A stretch of DNA of 64,000 nt from Candidatus Poribacteria bacterium (GCA_965218095.1 OZ244587.1:2784001-2848000), one strand, 5' to 3'. Shown: positions 31,494-42,002, counted from the stretch's first letter. Numbers and translations: made by a program. The notes: generated by a model not told the origin, from the sequence alone.

Positions 31494-32327
31494 ATGCGTT
31501 CCGAAAAGTTAGAGAATTTCGACCGCCTTTGTATTCACACCGTTACCACCAGACCGTGGTCAATTGAGGAAGCCATCGAAAACTACCCGGCGGCCGGGGT
31601 GAAAGGGGTTTCCGTCTGGCGCAACGTCCTGGAAAACCGGGATGCGGCGAAGATTGGTGAGGCGATCCGGAACGGTGGAATGGCAGTCGTCTCCCTGGTT
31701 CGCAGTGGATTTTTCACCGGTAAAACCGAAGCCGAAATTCAGGCATCTCTCGACGACAACAGGCGGGCAATCGATGAGGCTGCCGCGCTAAAGGCCCCTA
31801 TGGTCGTTCTGGTTTGTGGCGCCGTGCCGGGACAATCGATCCGGAGGTCGCTTTCTCAGATAGAAGCCGGCCTGGAAACCCTCCTCCCCTATGCCGAAAA
31901 AAACGATGTGAAACTGGCAATTGAACCCCTCCACCCTATGTACGCCGATTCTCGCTCCGCCATCTGCACCATGAAGACTGCCAATGAATTTGCCGAAAAA
32001 TTCAACTCCCCCTACATTGGCGTTGTTGTGGATGTCTTTCACCTCTGGTGGGACCCAGATCTGGAGGCTGAAATCAGACGTTGCGGAGAAGATGGAAACC
32101 TGTTCGCTTTTCACATCTGCGACTGGAAGATGGACATGGAAGATATGCTCAATGACCGTGGGCTGATGGGCGAAGGCGTTATCAGAATCCGGGAGATCCG
32201 ATCTTGGGTGGAAATCGCCGGGTTTAACGGTTTTCACGAAGTTGAGATTTTCTCCAACCGCCTGTGGGATGGCGATCAAAAGGAACTTCTGGAAAAAATC
32301 AAAAGAGCCTATCTGGAATATGCCTGA
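31494..32327 (+). CDS. Sugar phosphate isomerase/epimerase
   Basis: IEPLHPMY..RS, DVFHLWWD, HICDW, DRGLMGEG, EVEIFS. Confidence 0.9.
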   Translation: MRSEKLENFDRLCIHTVTTRPWSIEEAIENYPAAGVKGVSVWRNVLENRDAAKIGEAIRNGGMAVVSLVRSGFFTGKTEAEIQASLDDNRRAIDEAAALKAPMVVLVCGAVPGQSIRRSLSQIEAGLETLLPYAEKNDVKLAIEPLHPMYADSRSAICTMKTANEFAEKFNSPYIGVVVDVFHLWWDPDLEAEIRRCGEDGNLFAFHICDWKMDMEDMLNDRGLMGEGVIRIREIRSWVEIAGFNGFHEVEIFSNRLWDGDQKELLEKIKRAYLEYA

Positions 32328-32661
32328 ATTGCGGTATCTGTATGGTAACATAGGGTCGCCACTACGATACCAGAAGAAATTCTATGGAAAGGTATAGGCC
32401 AACTTGGAAAACTCTAGGTTGACACAAAGATGGTGGTGTGATAAAGTAGGGTGTACTATAATCTGGGCAGCGCCGGCTCCAAAATGTGGTCGAACCGCTA
32501 TTACCCACATCTCGGGACCGATTGGCACCAAGGGGAAGCGGGGAAGCAAGCAAGCCATTGACCACCAAGCGAGCAAAGATGGACTCACATACGCAAAAAA
32601 AGTCGCCACGAACGGATCTGCGATTATCTCTTCTTGGTATAAAATGGAGGACAAGCACACA

Positions 32662-33579
32662 ATGAAAATCCGTGACATTCAACAAAGCGGACCATATTGT
32701 TACACCTACTCACCGTTTCATCCCCCCATTGCAGAAGTAAAGCCCGGCGAAACGGTCTGCATCCATACGGTAGACGCCTTTGAAAATAGACTGACACCCG
32801 AAGTGGAACACTTTGCGGATGTCTGTACCTATCCCTTCTTAAATCCGCAAACCGGACCAATTCTTGTGGAAGGCGCCGAGCCGGGCGATACGCTCGTCGT
32901 CAAAATCCACACGATCGAACCTACGCGAGACCATGCAGTCACCGGAACGATACCGTACTTTGGGGGACTGACCTCTACGCGGCTAGATCCGACGCTTCAG
33001 GGCGCACTTGAGGAACAATGGCTTTTCCTGCCCTTTGAGGAGGGCGGCATCCGCTTCGATGCAAAGCGGGTAATTCCCTACCAACCTTTCATGGGTACGA
33101 TGGGCGTCGCACCGGAAATTGAAGCCGTTAATGCACTGACACCCGATTATTACGGCGGAAACATGGACTGCGTCGAGACCTGTCCGGGAAACGAGGCCTG
33201 GTTTCCAGTATTGGTGGAGGGCGCACACTTTTTCACCGGAGATGCCCATGCGAGCCAGGGCGACGGGGAGCTCACCGGCGTGGCACTCGAAATTCCAGCT
33301 AAAGTGACCGTGACCTTCGATTTGAAGAAAGGATATTCGATCGGGTGGCCCCGTATTGTGAGCGATGATTTTATTATGGTGGCTGGCAGCGGCAGACCGC
33401 TGGACGCCGCGGCTCGCATTGCTTGGGTGGAACTTATAGATTGGATGGTGGTAGACTACAGATTTGATCGGATGAAAGCCTATCACTTCCTCGGACAGGT
33501 TGGACAGATGCGGCTCGGCAATATGGTGGATCCAAAATTTACCATGGTTGCCAAGTGTCCGCAGAAATATCTGTCGTGA
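32662..33579 (+). CDS. Acetamidase/formamidase family protein
   Basis: NPQTGP, GAEPGD, GGNMD, GDAHASQGDGE; start at ATG 32662. Confidence 0.9.
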   Translation: MKIRDIQQSGPYCYTYSPFHPPIAEVKPGETVCIHTVDAFENRLTPEVEHFADVCTYPFLNPQTGPILVEGAEPGDTLVVKIHTIEPTRDHAVTGTIPYFGGLTSTRLDPTLQGALEEQWLFLPFEEGGIRFDAKRVIPYQPFMGTMGVAPEIEAVNALTPDYYGGNMDCVETCPGNEAWFPVLVEGAHFFTGDAHASQGDGELTGVALEIPAKVTVTFDLKKGYSIGWPRIVSDDFIMVAGSGRPLDAAARIAWVELIDWMVVDYRFDRMKAYHFLGQVGQMRLGNMVDPKFTMVAKCPQKYLS

Positions 33580-33773
33580 GCGGTTGAGAGCGTATCGCTT
33601 AATTCGTGAATTGCATAATGACAGGATCTGTGCGTGAAACGTAAAATTTGAAAACTTTGGCGGCTAACACTTTTTAATTCGCTCACATTCCTCCATTTGG
33701 CCTGTGATATGTTGTTTACGGTCGCGGAATTAAATCAAAGCTGAGAATTCCCTAGACGAGGTAATGAGTAACG

Positions 33774-34040
33774 ATGTCACGCCCAAAAATACCTGCTGAA
33801 CTGAAACGGAGCGTTCTGGTTGAAGCAGGGCACCGCTGTGCAATTGACACCTGTAGGCACATTGATGTGGTTATCCATCACATCATTCCATGGGCAAAAT
33901 GTAAAAGACATGAGTATGAAAATCTTATCGCCCTGTGTCCTAATCACCGTGCTAGGGCGGATAAAGGTGAAATAGATCGAAAATCCCTGCTCTGCAAGGG
34001 TGGGGACGATTTCCAATTGACACTGATGTGTCAAATATAA
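33774..34040 (+). CDS. HNH endonuclease (short, possibly truncated)
   Basis: GHRCA..C, HHI.PW, NLIALCPNH. Confidence 0.75.
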   Translation: MSRPKIPAELKRSVLVEAGHRCAIDTCRHIDVVIHHIIPWAKCKRHEYENLIALCPNHRARADKGEIDRKSLLCKGGDDFQLTLMCQI

Positions 34041-34141
34041 CCAGTCGCCTAATTCTCCGCTTTTCACTCAACTGCGTAACTCTAGTATAATCAAAACACA
34101 ATCTAAAATCTCCACCTTCAGACAACGAGATTACAAAAAAC

Positions 34142-37100
34142 ATGCAAACATCCCTGCACAAACTACAAACGCTTCTCCAACAACTCTTCCGTGCAGATGA
34201 CGCAGACCTCGACTTCGGCATTTATCGCATCATTAACTATCGACGCGACCAGATCCAAGCCTTCATTGACGAGGAGCTCTCCACCATCGTCAACAATGCC
34301 CTCGCAAATACCGAAATCGAATCCGCGCGCCAAGAAGTGGAAACTCTGAAAAAGCAAATCCCCGATGGTATGTTAGATGCAGACGGCACCCTCATCAACG
34401 AGGCTTTCGCGCAGGTGCCCATTGTCAAGCAATACTTTGGCGCAAAAGAAAAATTGGGATCCCCGCAATCCCGAGATCAGCGCGAAGATGCCGTCTATAA
34501 TTATCTCTACACTTTCTTCTCCCGTTACTACGAAAGTGGCGACTTCATCCCGCGTCGACGCTATTCCCAAACCGAACGCTACGCCATTCCATACAACGGT
34601 GAAGAGGTCTACCTCCACTGGGCAAACCGGGACCAGTACTACGTCAAGAGTGGCGAGCATTTCTTCACCTATCGTTTCAAATCCCGAGGCATCACCGTCA
34701 CCTTTGATCTCCGCAATGTAGATGTTGAAAAAGACAACGTCCAAGGCACAAAACGATTTTTCATCCCCTTATCCGCTAAGACAATCTATTCGCCAGAAAT
34801 CGCTGAGATCTCCATTCCTTTTGAATGCCGTCTCCTCACCGAGGAAGAAAAGCTGCGCTACGGCAGACAAAAACAGCAGGATACAATCAATAAGACCGCC
34901 GAAAAGCAAATCCTAAAGCGTGTTAGCAGCGACTACAAAGCCCATGCTGCGTTAGATCAGCGCATAGAGCAAATAACCGTTCTTAAAAAACACCTTGATA
35001 TCTACACCCGGCGCAACACCGCAGACTTCTTCATCCACAAGGACCTCAAGCAGTTCCTCAACCGCGAACTTGATGTCTACATCAAAAACGAAGTTATTCC
35101 GTTATCCGATTTTATATTAACAAATGAAAATTTAGGGTGGCTTGAAACGGCGAAAGTTGTTTACGATATAGCCTCCGAAATTATTGACTTTCTTTCCCAC
35201 ATTGAAGAATTCCAGAAACGTCTCTGGCTTAAAAAGAAATTTGTGCTTTCTACAGACTACTGCATCACACTTGACCGCGTTCCGGAAGAATTTTACCCTG
35301 AAATTACAAAGAACACTGCCCAACGTGAGGAGTGGGAACATCTTTTCGCTATCGACGAAATAGATCGCGATCTCATCGGAAACCCCGGCTATACCGAACC
35401 CCTTTCCATCGCCTTCCTTAAAGCGAACCCGAACCTCGTCCTAGATACCCGTCACTTTGACGATGTCTTCAAGGATCGTCTCTTAGCGCATTTTAACGAT
35501 ATAGAAAGTCAAACGGATGGCGTACTCATTCACGGGGAAAACTTCCAAGCATTAAACCTACTGACAGAGAAATACCGCGAATCCATAAAAGTGACTTACA
35601 TTGACCCACCTTATAACACGGATGCCTCTGCTATCCTGTATAAAAACAACTATAAAGATTCCTCGTGGCTGTCCCTAATGGCAGATCGAATCACAGTCTC
35701 CCGCGAACTGTTGACTGACAATGGTATCTTCTGCGTCGCAATTGATGACGTAGAGGCGTCCAATCTCCGACACCTTCTCCAGCATCTATTCGGCAAAGAG
35801 AACGAGCTCGGAATTGTCGCAGTCTGCTCTAACCCAGGAGGGCGTAAAAGACCAAAAGGTTTTGCCCCTGCCCATGAATACGCGATGTTCTTTGGGATAA
35901 CCGAGGCTTCACAAATCGGTCGCCTTGAATGGACAGAAAAACAACTTGAGAACTATAGAAATGTTGATGAAAAAGGACGTCTTTTTCAATGGAGACCTCT
36001 TAGGAAATCTGGTGGGCTTAATGCGCGGCGAGTTGCTAGACCACGCTTGTTTTATCCAATTTTTGTCAAGGATAACTGCATTCGAATTCCCGGAATGGAC
36101 TGGAATAACACGTCCCGAGAGTGGTGCCTCTTAGAAACGCTGCGACTGGGTGAAGCAGTGGTTTGGCCAATTGATGAAAAGAATGAAGAGATGACATGGG
36201 GCTATGAAGTTAAAACGCTCAAAGAAAGGTTAGCATTATCTGAGATCTCTGCGAAAACAGACCGGAATGGCAAAATCTCAATTCGATTTAAACGTTTTCT
36301 AAACGAAGAAGGAACCTTGCCGACAACATGGTGGGGTAAAATAGAATACTCAACCAATGAAGATGAGGAGGATGAGGAAGATAACTGGGAAATTCTCAAC
36401 ACAGATCAAACCAAATACTCAGCGACGGCACATGGGACCGGTTTTTTAAAAAATATGTTAGGTGACGCACTTGCATTCCCATTTCCTAAGTCCATCTACC
36501 TGCTTGAAGACTGTCTCCGTGTTTCATCACTCAATGCCGGGGACATTGTGTTGGACTACTTTGGAGGATCTGGGACCACCGCCCATGCCACCATCAAACT
36601 TAACCGTCAAGATAACGACAAGCGCAAATATATCCTCATTGAGATGGGACACCATTTCGACACCGTTCTCAAGCCGCGCGTCATGAAAGCTGTCTACGCC
36701 GAAAAATGGAAGGATGCCAAACCCGTTTCCCGTGAAAGTCGCTTTTCTCACATAATCAAATATCAGCGCATTGAATCCTATGAGGATGCACTTAATAACA
36801 TTGAGTTTAGCGAACACGAAAATTCGTTCCTCAACAAGTATCTGCTCAGTTATCTATTAGAGAGCGAAACTCGCGAAAGTCCAACGTTCTTGAACGTTGC
36901 CAAACTCCAAAACCCGTTCAGTTATCAACTCAACATCATTGACGGACTCCAGACGCAAACGCAGACTATAGATCTACCCGAAACCTTCAACTACCTCCTC
37001 GGCATTTCGGTCCAAACTCGCCAATGTTTCTATGATGACGATAGACGCTATCTCGTTTACCGCGGCACAGTCGGACAAAAAAACGTCGTCATTATCTGGC

Positions 37101-37273
37101 GTAAAACCGAAGGTTGGGGTGAACAAGAATGGGAACGCGATTACCACTTTATTCAAAAACACGAACTAACCAAGGGTGCAAACGAGATCTATGTCAACAC
37201 AGACAGTATCATCCCAGAAGCAAAGTCCTTAGATCCACTTTTCAAACGATTGATGTTTGACACTGACCGATAA
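34142..37273 (+). CDS. mod: Type III R-M methyltransferase (Mod), large 1043-aa form
   Basis: YIDPPYNT, FPKS, VLDYFGGSGTT, beta-class motif order; DLDFGIYRI N-terminus. Confidence 0.9.
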   Translation: MQTSLHKLQTLLQQLFRADDADLDFGIYRIINYRRDQIQAFIDEELSTIVNNALANTEIESARQEVETLKKQIPDGMLDADGTLINEAFAQVPIVKQYFGAKEKLGSPQSRDQREDAVYNYLYTFFSRYYESGDFIPRRRYSQTERYAIPYNGEEVYLHWANRDQYYVKSGEHFFTYRFKSRGITVTFDLRNVDVEKDNVQGTKRFFIPLSAKTIYSPEIAEISIPFECRLLTEEEKLRYGRQKQQDTINKTAEKQILKRVSSDYKAHAALDQRIEQITVLKKHLDIYTRRNTADFFIHKDLKQFLNRELDVYIKNEVIPLSDFILTNENLGWLETAKVVYDIASEIIDFLSHIEEFQKRLWLKKKFVLSTDYCITLDRVPEEFYPEITKNTAQREEWEHLFAIDEIDRDLIGNPGYTEPLSIAFLKANPNLVLDTRHFDDVFKDRLLAHFNDIESQTDGVLIHGENFQALNLLTEKYRESIKVTYIDPPYNTDASAILYKNNYKDSSWLSLMADRITVSRELLTDNGIFCVAIDDVEASNLRHLLQHLFGKENELGIVAVCSNPGGRKRPKGFAPAHEYAMFFGITEASQIGRLEWTEKQLENYRNVDEKGRLFQWRPLRKSGGLNARRVARPRLFYPIFVKDNCIRIPGMDWNNTSREWCLLETLRLGEAVVWPIDEKNEEMTWGYEVKTLKERLALSEISAKTDRNGKISIRFKRFLNEEGTLPTTWWGKIEYSTNEDEEDEEDNWEILNTDQTKYSATAHGTGFLKNMLGDALAFPFPKSIYLLEDCLRVSSLNAGDIVLDYFGGSGTTAHATIKLNRQDNDKRKYILIEMGHHFDTVLKPRVMKAVYAEKWKDAKPVSRESRFSHIIKYQRIESYEDALNNIEFSEHENSFLNKYLLSYLLESETRESPTFLNVAKLQNPFSYQLNIIDGLQTQTQTIDLPETFNYLLGISVQTRQCFYDDDRRYLVYRGTVGQKNVVIIWRKTEGWGEQEWERDYHFIQKHELTKGANEIYVNTDSIIPEAKSLDPLFKRLMFDTDR

Positions 37274-37322
37274 TTGCGCTGCTCCGTGCTCCTTTCCTAT
37301 TTTATTATAAGGAGAATTAAAA

Positions 37323-38021
37323 ATGATAAACTGCTTAAATCTAGCCGCTACGTTTCAGAAACTCTATGAAGATTCTGCAGAGCCCTCCTCTGCCTTTTTG
37401 AAATTGGAAATTGCCGTGGGAAATATTTTTCAGATAGATTCCTCCATGTTGCAGAAACTATGTAAAGAACTAAAAGATGGTGTAGGCCTCACTGAGTGTG
37501 GTCGCACTGAAGACGTACTGCCTTATGGTATAAGTCGGGATGCAACATTTGAAAACGGTTGCTTGGCCGCTATAATTGAAATACCGAAAGGTCTCAATCT
37601 TAGACGACATAGCTATGCATCAACTGATGATTTCATAAAGGCATTTGATAATGGCATAGTGCGGCATTTTTCTATCGGATTAGTGGATGTAATATGCGAA
37701 TGTAATGCTTGTCACAAATCTCTTTCTAGCAAGTATGAGGAGTGTTGCGAACATTCACTGGGCCTAAAAGTTGCCGATAACGGTAAAGGCACTACCTACA
37801 AGATAAAAGAGGGGATTGCCCTATTCATATCCGCTGAACCTTTTCCGGTAACAGAAGACGGAAACATCCAATTGCTCCTTGAAGATTGGGAGTTAGACAA
37901 GGCAACCCTCATGGCAGCTAAAATCAGTGCTTTGAGTCAGGCTGGGATGTCAGTTCCTAGTTCAGCTCTTACTTTTTCAAGATCTCATCCTAGGAACCGT
38001 ATAAGGACTCGGAAATTATAA
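37323..38021 (+). CDS. Hypothetical protein with a CxCxxC...CCEH cluster; resembles phage prohead protease-like proteins
   Basis: AAGGAG RBS; STDDFIKAFDNGIVRHFSIG..CECNAC..CEH..G. Confidence 0.7.
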   Translation: MINCLNLAATFQKLYEDSAEPSSAFLKLEIAVGNIFQIDSSMLQKLCKELKDGVGLTECGRTEDVLPYGISRDATFENGCLAAIIEIPKGLNLRRHSYASTDDFIKAFDNGIVRHFSIGLVDVICECNACHKSLSSKYEECCEHSLGLKVADNGKGTTYKIKEGIALFISAEPFPVTEDGNIQLLLEDWELDKATLMAAKISALSQAGMSVPSSALTFSRSHPRNRIRTRKL

Positions 38022-38205
38022 AATTGCTTGTGCTATGCCCCAAGTAAAGTTCCTGTTTGGGCAGAACCATTCAGTTATTTCGTAGTTTAGATCTCCCACT
38101 TGAGATCTTTGCGTGATAGTCTCGATTTCCCGGACGAAACTACCGCGCTCTAGAACGCAAAAAATTGATAACTAAATAGTTCTGTCTTTTTTAAGAGGTA
38201 GCGAG

Positions 38206-38712
38206 ATGAAGGAAAACCTCACGGCAGTCATTAGCTGTATAGTTGCAGTAATAAGTCTTTTTAGTGTAATTTTGTTCACGGGGTTACAGTTATCAAGAAA
38301 GATAGTAGATGCTTTCAAAATCGAAGTCCTGAGATTGTTCTACTCCGAGCCAACGGCATCTATTTTTCAATGGTGTCGAAAGACCTCAAATTCCGATATT
38401 CCTCCCATATTTTCAGAAATAAAGGGATTTTTCCCTCAATACCTCCGCTGGAAATACTGCGAAAGATACTTTGCTTCTGCACTAGCTGAAGTTGAATTGA
38501 ATTTAGGCAGTGAAAGATATACAAAAAGTATCAATTACGATAAGTCTTTGATTTCTCACAGAAGTCAGATTTTCAGATTCATAGAGAGCCATAAAAAGGA
38601 ATGTAGAAACGCAATGCGAGGCAAAGACTTCAGTAGTGTACACTGTTTCGTAGATCAGCATTATACAGAACTTTGCAACGCTCTGGTTGATAACACGCAT
38701 CAAGAAGATTAG
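38206..38712 (+). CDS. Hypothetical protein with an N-terminal TM helix
   Basis: GAGGT RBS; hydrophobic LTAVISCIVAVISLFSVILFTGL. Confidence 0.65.
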   Translation: MKENLTAVISCIVAVISLFSVILFTGLQLSRKIVDAFKIEVLRLFYSEPTASIFQWCRKTSNSDIPPIFSEIKGFFPQYLRWKYCERYFASALAEVELNLGSERYTKSINYDKSLISHRSQIFRFIESHKKECRNAMRGKDFSSVHCFVDQHYTELCNALVDNTHQED

Positions 38713-38828
38713 GTCCTCCTGATAAGCATAACGCCCCGCTGGGGCTAGATGCAACCTCATAACGCGGAACCTTATTGAAGAAACTGGTTCAAAAAATCCA
38801 TCATTCAGTCGGCAAGAAGACAATCACT

Positions 38829-41800
38829 ATGCCCAGAAACAATTCACAACGCCAACTTGACAACCACCTCACACTCCACGCATGGCTCAACGATCGCTTC
38901 AGGTACAAGACAACGCGCTCCCTCCTCAACGATGTGAAAAATAATGTGGATGAGGGCTTCAATTCAGACGGGCGCTCCTCGATTTACGAATTCCTTATGT
39001 TCCGCGCAGAGCCAAATTCTAAAATCGAAGAAGCACTCCCAACCTACGATGCAAACATCAAACGGCACCTAGCCGCCATAAACAACAAACGCACGCAGCC
39101 GATTGTCCTCCGCTATTTCCAATACCTCGCTTTACTCTATACCGAAATTTTCTTAGATTGGAAATGCAACAGACCAGCAGAATTCCTACACCAACTCAAT
39201 GATTTAGTCCAACACCGAAATGACGCGAGAGCCCCCGGCGATGTCATGGATACCCTCTTCACAGCCGACGATCTTGAAAAACTCGCTTTCTGGATGGCAA
39301 CCGGCGCAGGCAAAACCCTCATCATGCACATCAATTACCATCAGTACCTCCACTACTGCAAGGAGGCGTTAGACCACATTGTCCTCATCACTCCTGACGA
39401 AGGGTTGAGTGAACAACATCTTCGCGAACTTGCAAACTCGGACATCCGGTGTGAACGTTTCAACGTTGAAGGCAATCGCCTCGCACGTGCACACAACGCA
39501 ATGCAGGTAATCGAGATTACAAAGTTGGTAGAGGAAAAGACAGGTAGTGGTGTAAGCGTTCCAGTCGAGGCTTTCGAAGGGAATAATCTCATCTTGGTCG
39601 ATGAGGGGCACCGAGGCAATCGCGGCGAAGCTTGGCGAAAATCCCGCGAAAACCTCGCCACAATTGGTTTTACCTTTGAATACAGTGCAACCTTTGGGCA
39701 GGCACTCGCTGCCGTTAACAACCCAGACCTCGTTGAAGGATACGGAAAAGCCATCGCCTTTGACTACTCCTACCGATACTTCTACGACGACGGATACGGT
39801 AAGAACTTTCGCATCCTCAATATTCGCAACGATGAAGAAACCCAAACTGATACGCTCTTTTTAGGCAATCTCCTCAGTTTCTATGAACAGCGACGCTATT
39901 TTGCCCAAAACAGCGACGATGTGCGTGCCTACGGTTTGGACTCACCGTTATGGGCATTCGTTGGCAATAAAGTCCAGGCTGTCTATAAGGAAAAAGGCCG
40001 CACTCGCTCCGACGTACTTGAGGTTATACGTTTTCTGCACCGGTTTCTAAGCAACGAAAATAACTGGGCAATCCACGCCATTGAGAAAATTCTTGATGGT
40101 AACTCCGGTTTATCTGATGAAAACGGTACCGACATCTTCTACAACCGACTCAACTATCTCAAAGAACCCAACGAAAAGTCCGCACGAATATATACTGGTA
40201 TCCTCAATGAGGTATTCCATACCCAGACAAGCGGCGCATTACATCTCTGCGATATCCGCGGTGCTCAAGGCGAAATCGGATTGAAAACCACCAACGATAG
40301 TGACTACTTTGGGGTTATCTACATCGGTGACACTTCTGCCTTCAACAAACTGGTCAAAAACGACAAGGCAGGTATCGTCATGGAATCCGAAGATGTCTTC
40401 ACTGAAAGCTTGTTCAGGAGCATCAACAAGTTTGATAGTCAGATCAATATTCTCATCGGTGCGAAAAAGTTCATACAGGGATGGGATAGCTGGCGTGTCA
40501 CGGCTATGGGACTGCTCAACGTTGGTAAAAACGAAGGTCCCGAGATTATCCAACTGTTTGGCAGAGGTGTCCGCCTACGCGGCAAAGACATGAGCCTCAA
40601 ACGTAGTGCTGCCCTTGAGGGTGAACATCCGCGCCATCTATCACTCTTGGAAACGTTAAACATCTTCGCTGTTCGTGCCAACTTCATGGCAGAATTCCGA
40701 AAGTATCTAACCCGCGAAGGTGTTTCGTATGAAGGGCAGATGGAAATGGAATTGCCTATTACACTTAACCCAGAATTTCTTAACTCTAACCAAGTCCCGC
40801 GCCTGCCAAGAGCCCCTGCCTATCATGAAATTGCCAAGGGGCAGTGCGTACTCCTCAAACCTGATCTCGCGAGTCAGGTAACACACAAAATGCAAATTAT
40901 AGACATCATCCAGAGCTATTCACGGGTTGGTATCCAAGAGACCCAAGCCGGACCAGATTCGCAACATATCCCTATCCCCGACGAGAGTTTAAAGTTGATA
41001 AACTGGGAATGGATTTATCTTCAACTTCTTGAGTACAAACAGGAAAAAGGATTTCATAACCTTGTTTTTGACACCCACGTTCTCAAAAAAGTTCTCGATC
41101 CAAGCAAGGGGCTGTATAAACTCTTTGTTACGGAAAAATCTGTGGTTGAACCGCAAACTTTAGCTGACCTTGAACGTCTAGAAGCACTCGTGCTTGCTAT
41201 TTTGCGGAAATATATTGCTAAATTTTATCGCTTGGCTCAACAACAAGTAAATACAGACAACATGATCTTGGATACCTTGAAGAAAGATGATCCCAATCTC
41301 AATTTCGCTAAGTGGAAAATTAGCTTTCGTACTGAAGATGCAGAATTGATTCAGCAGTTAAGAGAGTATAGTGAGAAAATGAAACGGATAGCAGAAGAAG
41401 GAGCTGTCTTCGATCCACCTGTAAGTCACTCGCTCGCAGTTTATATTGAGAACCATCTTTATCAACCACTACTCACGATTAGCAACGCTAATAATTCGTG
41501 GAGCACAACGCCACCTGCTTTGGAAGCGAGCGAGAAACATTTTGTCGAAGACCTCCGCGCCTACGTCTTACAACAGTGCGAGGAACTTCTTGCTAAAAAA
41601 GAGGTTTTCCTCTTACGCAACCAGAGCCGAGGCAAAGGAGTTGGCTTCTATCGGAACGAGGGTTTCTTCCCCGATTTCATCCTTTGGATTCTTGCCGATC
41701 AAAAACAACGTATCGTCTTTATTGAACCCCACGGAATGGTGTATGAAGCTATCAATAACTACAACGATAAAATCTCACTCTACAAAAGACTCCGCGATCT

Positions 41801-42002
41801 CTCTGAAAAACAACGTTTTCGGGACGAAGGTGTGCACATGGATTCCTATATCATTTCGACAACCGATTGGCCAACACTTAAAAGTAAGCATAATGATATG
41901 ACTGAGCAAAATTGTAAAGATTTGCATATCCTCTGTCGAAATCCTTTGAGTCCCACTTACCTCTCCCCAATCTTTGAAGAAGTTCCCCCGGAGAACGAGT
42001 AG
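38829..42002 (+). CDS. res: Type III restriction enzyme Res subunit (SF2 helicase plus PD-(D/E)xK-like nuclease)
   Basis: MATGAGKT, VDEGH, YSATF, QGWDS, QLFGRGVR, FFPDFILW...FIEPHG. Confidence 0.9.
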   Translation: MPRNNSQRQLDNHLTLHAWLNDRFRYKTTRSLLNDVKNNVDEGFNSDGRSSIYEFLMFRAEPNSKIEEALPTYDANIKRHLAAINNKRTQPIVLRYFQYLALLYTEIFLDWKCNRPAEFLHQLNDLVQHRNDARAPGDVMDTLFTADDLEKLAFWMATGAGKTLIMHINYHQYLHYCKEALDHIVLITPDEGLSEQHLRELANSDIRCERFNVEGNRLARAHNAMQVIEITKLVEEKTGSGVSVPVEAFEGNNLILVDEGHRGNRGEAWRKSRENLATIGFTFEYSATFGQALAAVNNPDLVEGYGKAIAFDYSYRYFYDDGYGKNFRILNIRNDEETQTDTLFLGNLLSFYEQRRYFAQNSDDVRAYGLDSPLWAFVGNKVQAVYKEKGRTRSDVLEVIRFLHRFLSNENNWAIHAIEKILDGNSGLSDENGTDIFYNRLNYLKEPNEKSARIYTGILNEVFHTQTSGALHLCDIRGAQGEIGLKTTNDSDYFGVIYIGDTSAFNKLVKNDKAGIVMESEDVFTESLFRSINKFDSQINILIGAKKFIQGWDSWRVTAMGLLNVGKNEGPEIIQLFGRGVRLRGKDMSLKRSAALEGEHPRHLSLLETLNIFAVRANFMAEFRKYLTREGVSYEGQMEMELPITLNPEFLNSNQVPRLPRAPAYHEIAKGQCVLLKPDLASQVTHKMQIIDIIQSYSRVGIQETQAGPDSQHIPIPDESLKLINWEWIYLQLLEYKQEKGFHNLVFDTHVLKKVLDPSKGLYKLFVTEKSVVEPQTLADLERLEALVLAILRKYIAKFYRLAQQQVNTDNMILDTLKKDDPNLNFAKWKISFRTEDAELIQQLREYSEKMKRIAEEGAVFDPPVSHSLAVYIENHLYQPLLTISNANNSWSTTPPALEASEKHFVEDLRAYVLQQCEELLAKKEVFLLRNQSRGKGVGFYRNEGFFPDFILWILADQKQRIVFIEPHGMVYEAINNYNDKISLYKRLRDLSEKQRFRDEGVHMDSYIISTTDWPTLKSKHNDMTEQNCKDLHILCRNPLSPTYLSPIFEEVPPENE

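Noticed and set aside
32404-32661. Long N-terminal extensions of the acetamidase (also tilS, FAH, res) in the ORF track
   Set aside because: Downstream ATGs match the domain starts better, mostly with an RBS; the tilS extension overlaps a tRNA
37323-38712. Prophage
   Set aside because: No integrase, terminase, portal or capsid genes nearby
38022-38770. Integron attC sites around the R-M cargo genes
   Set aside because: Hairpins exist (agatctc..gagatct; gccccgctggggc) but there are no RYYYAAC/GTTRRRY boxes and no integrase
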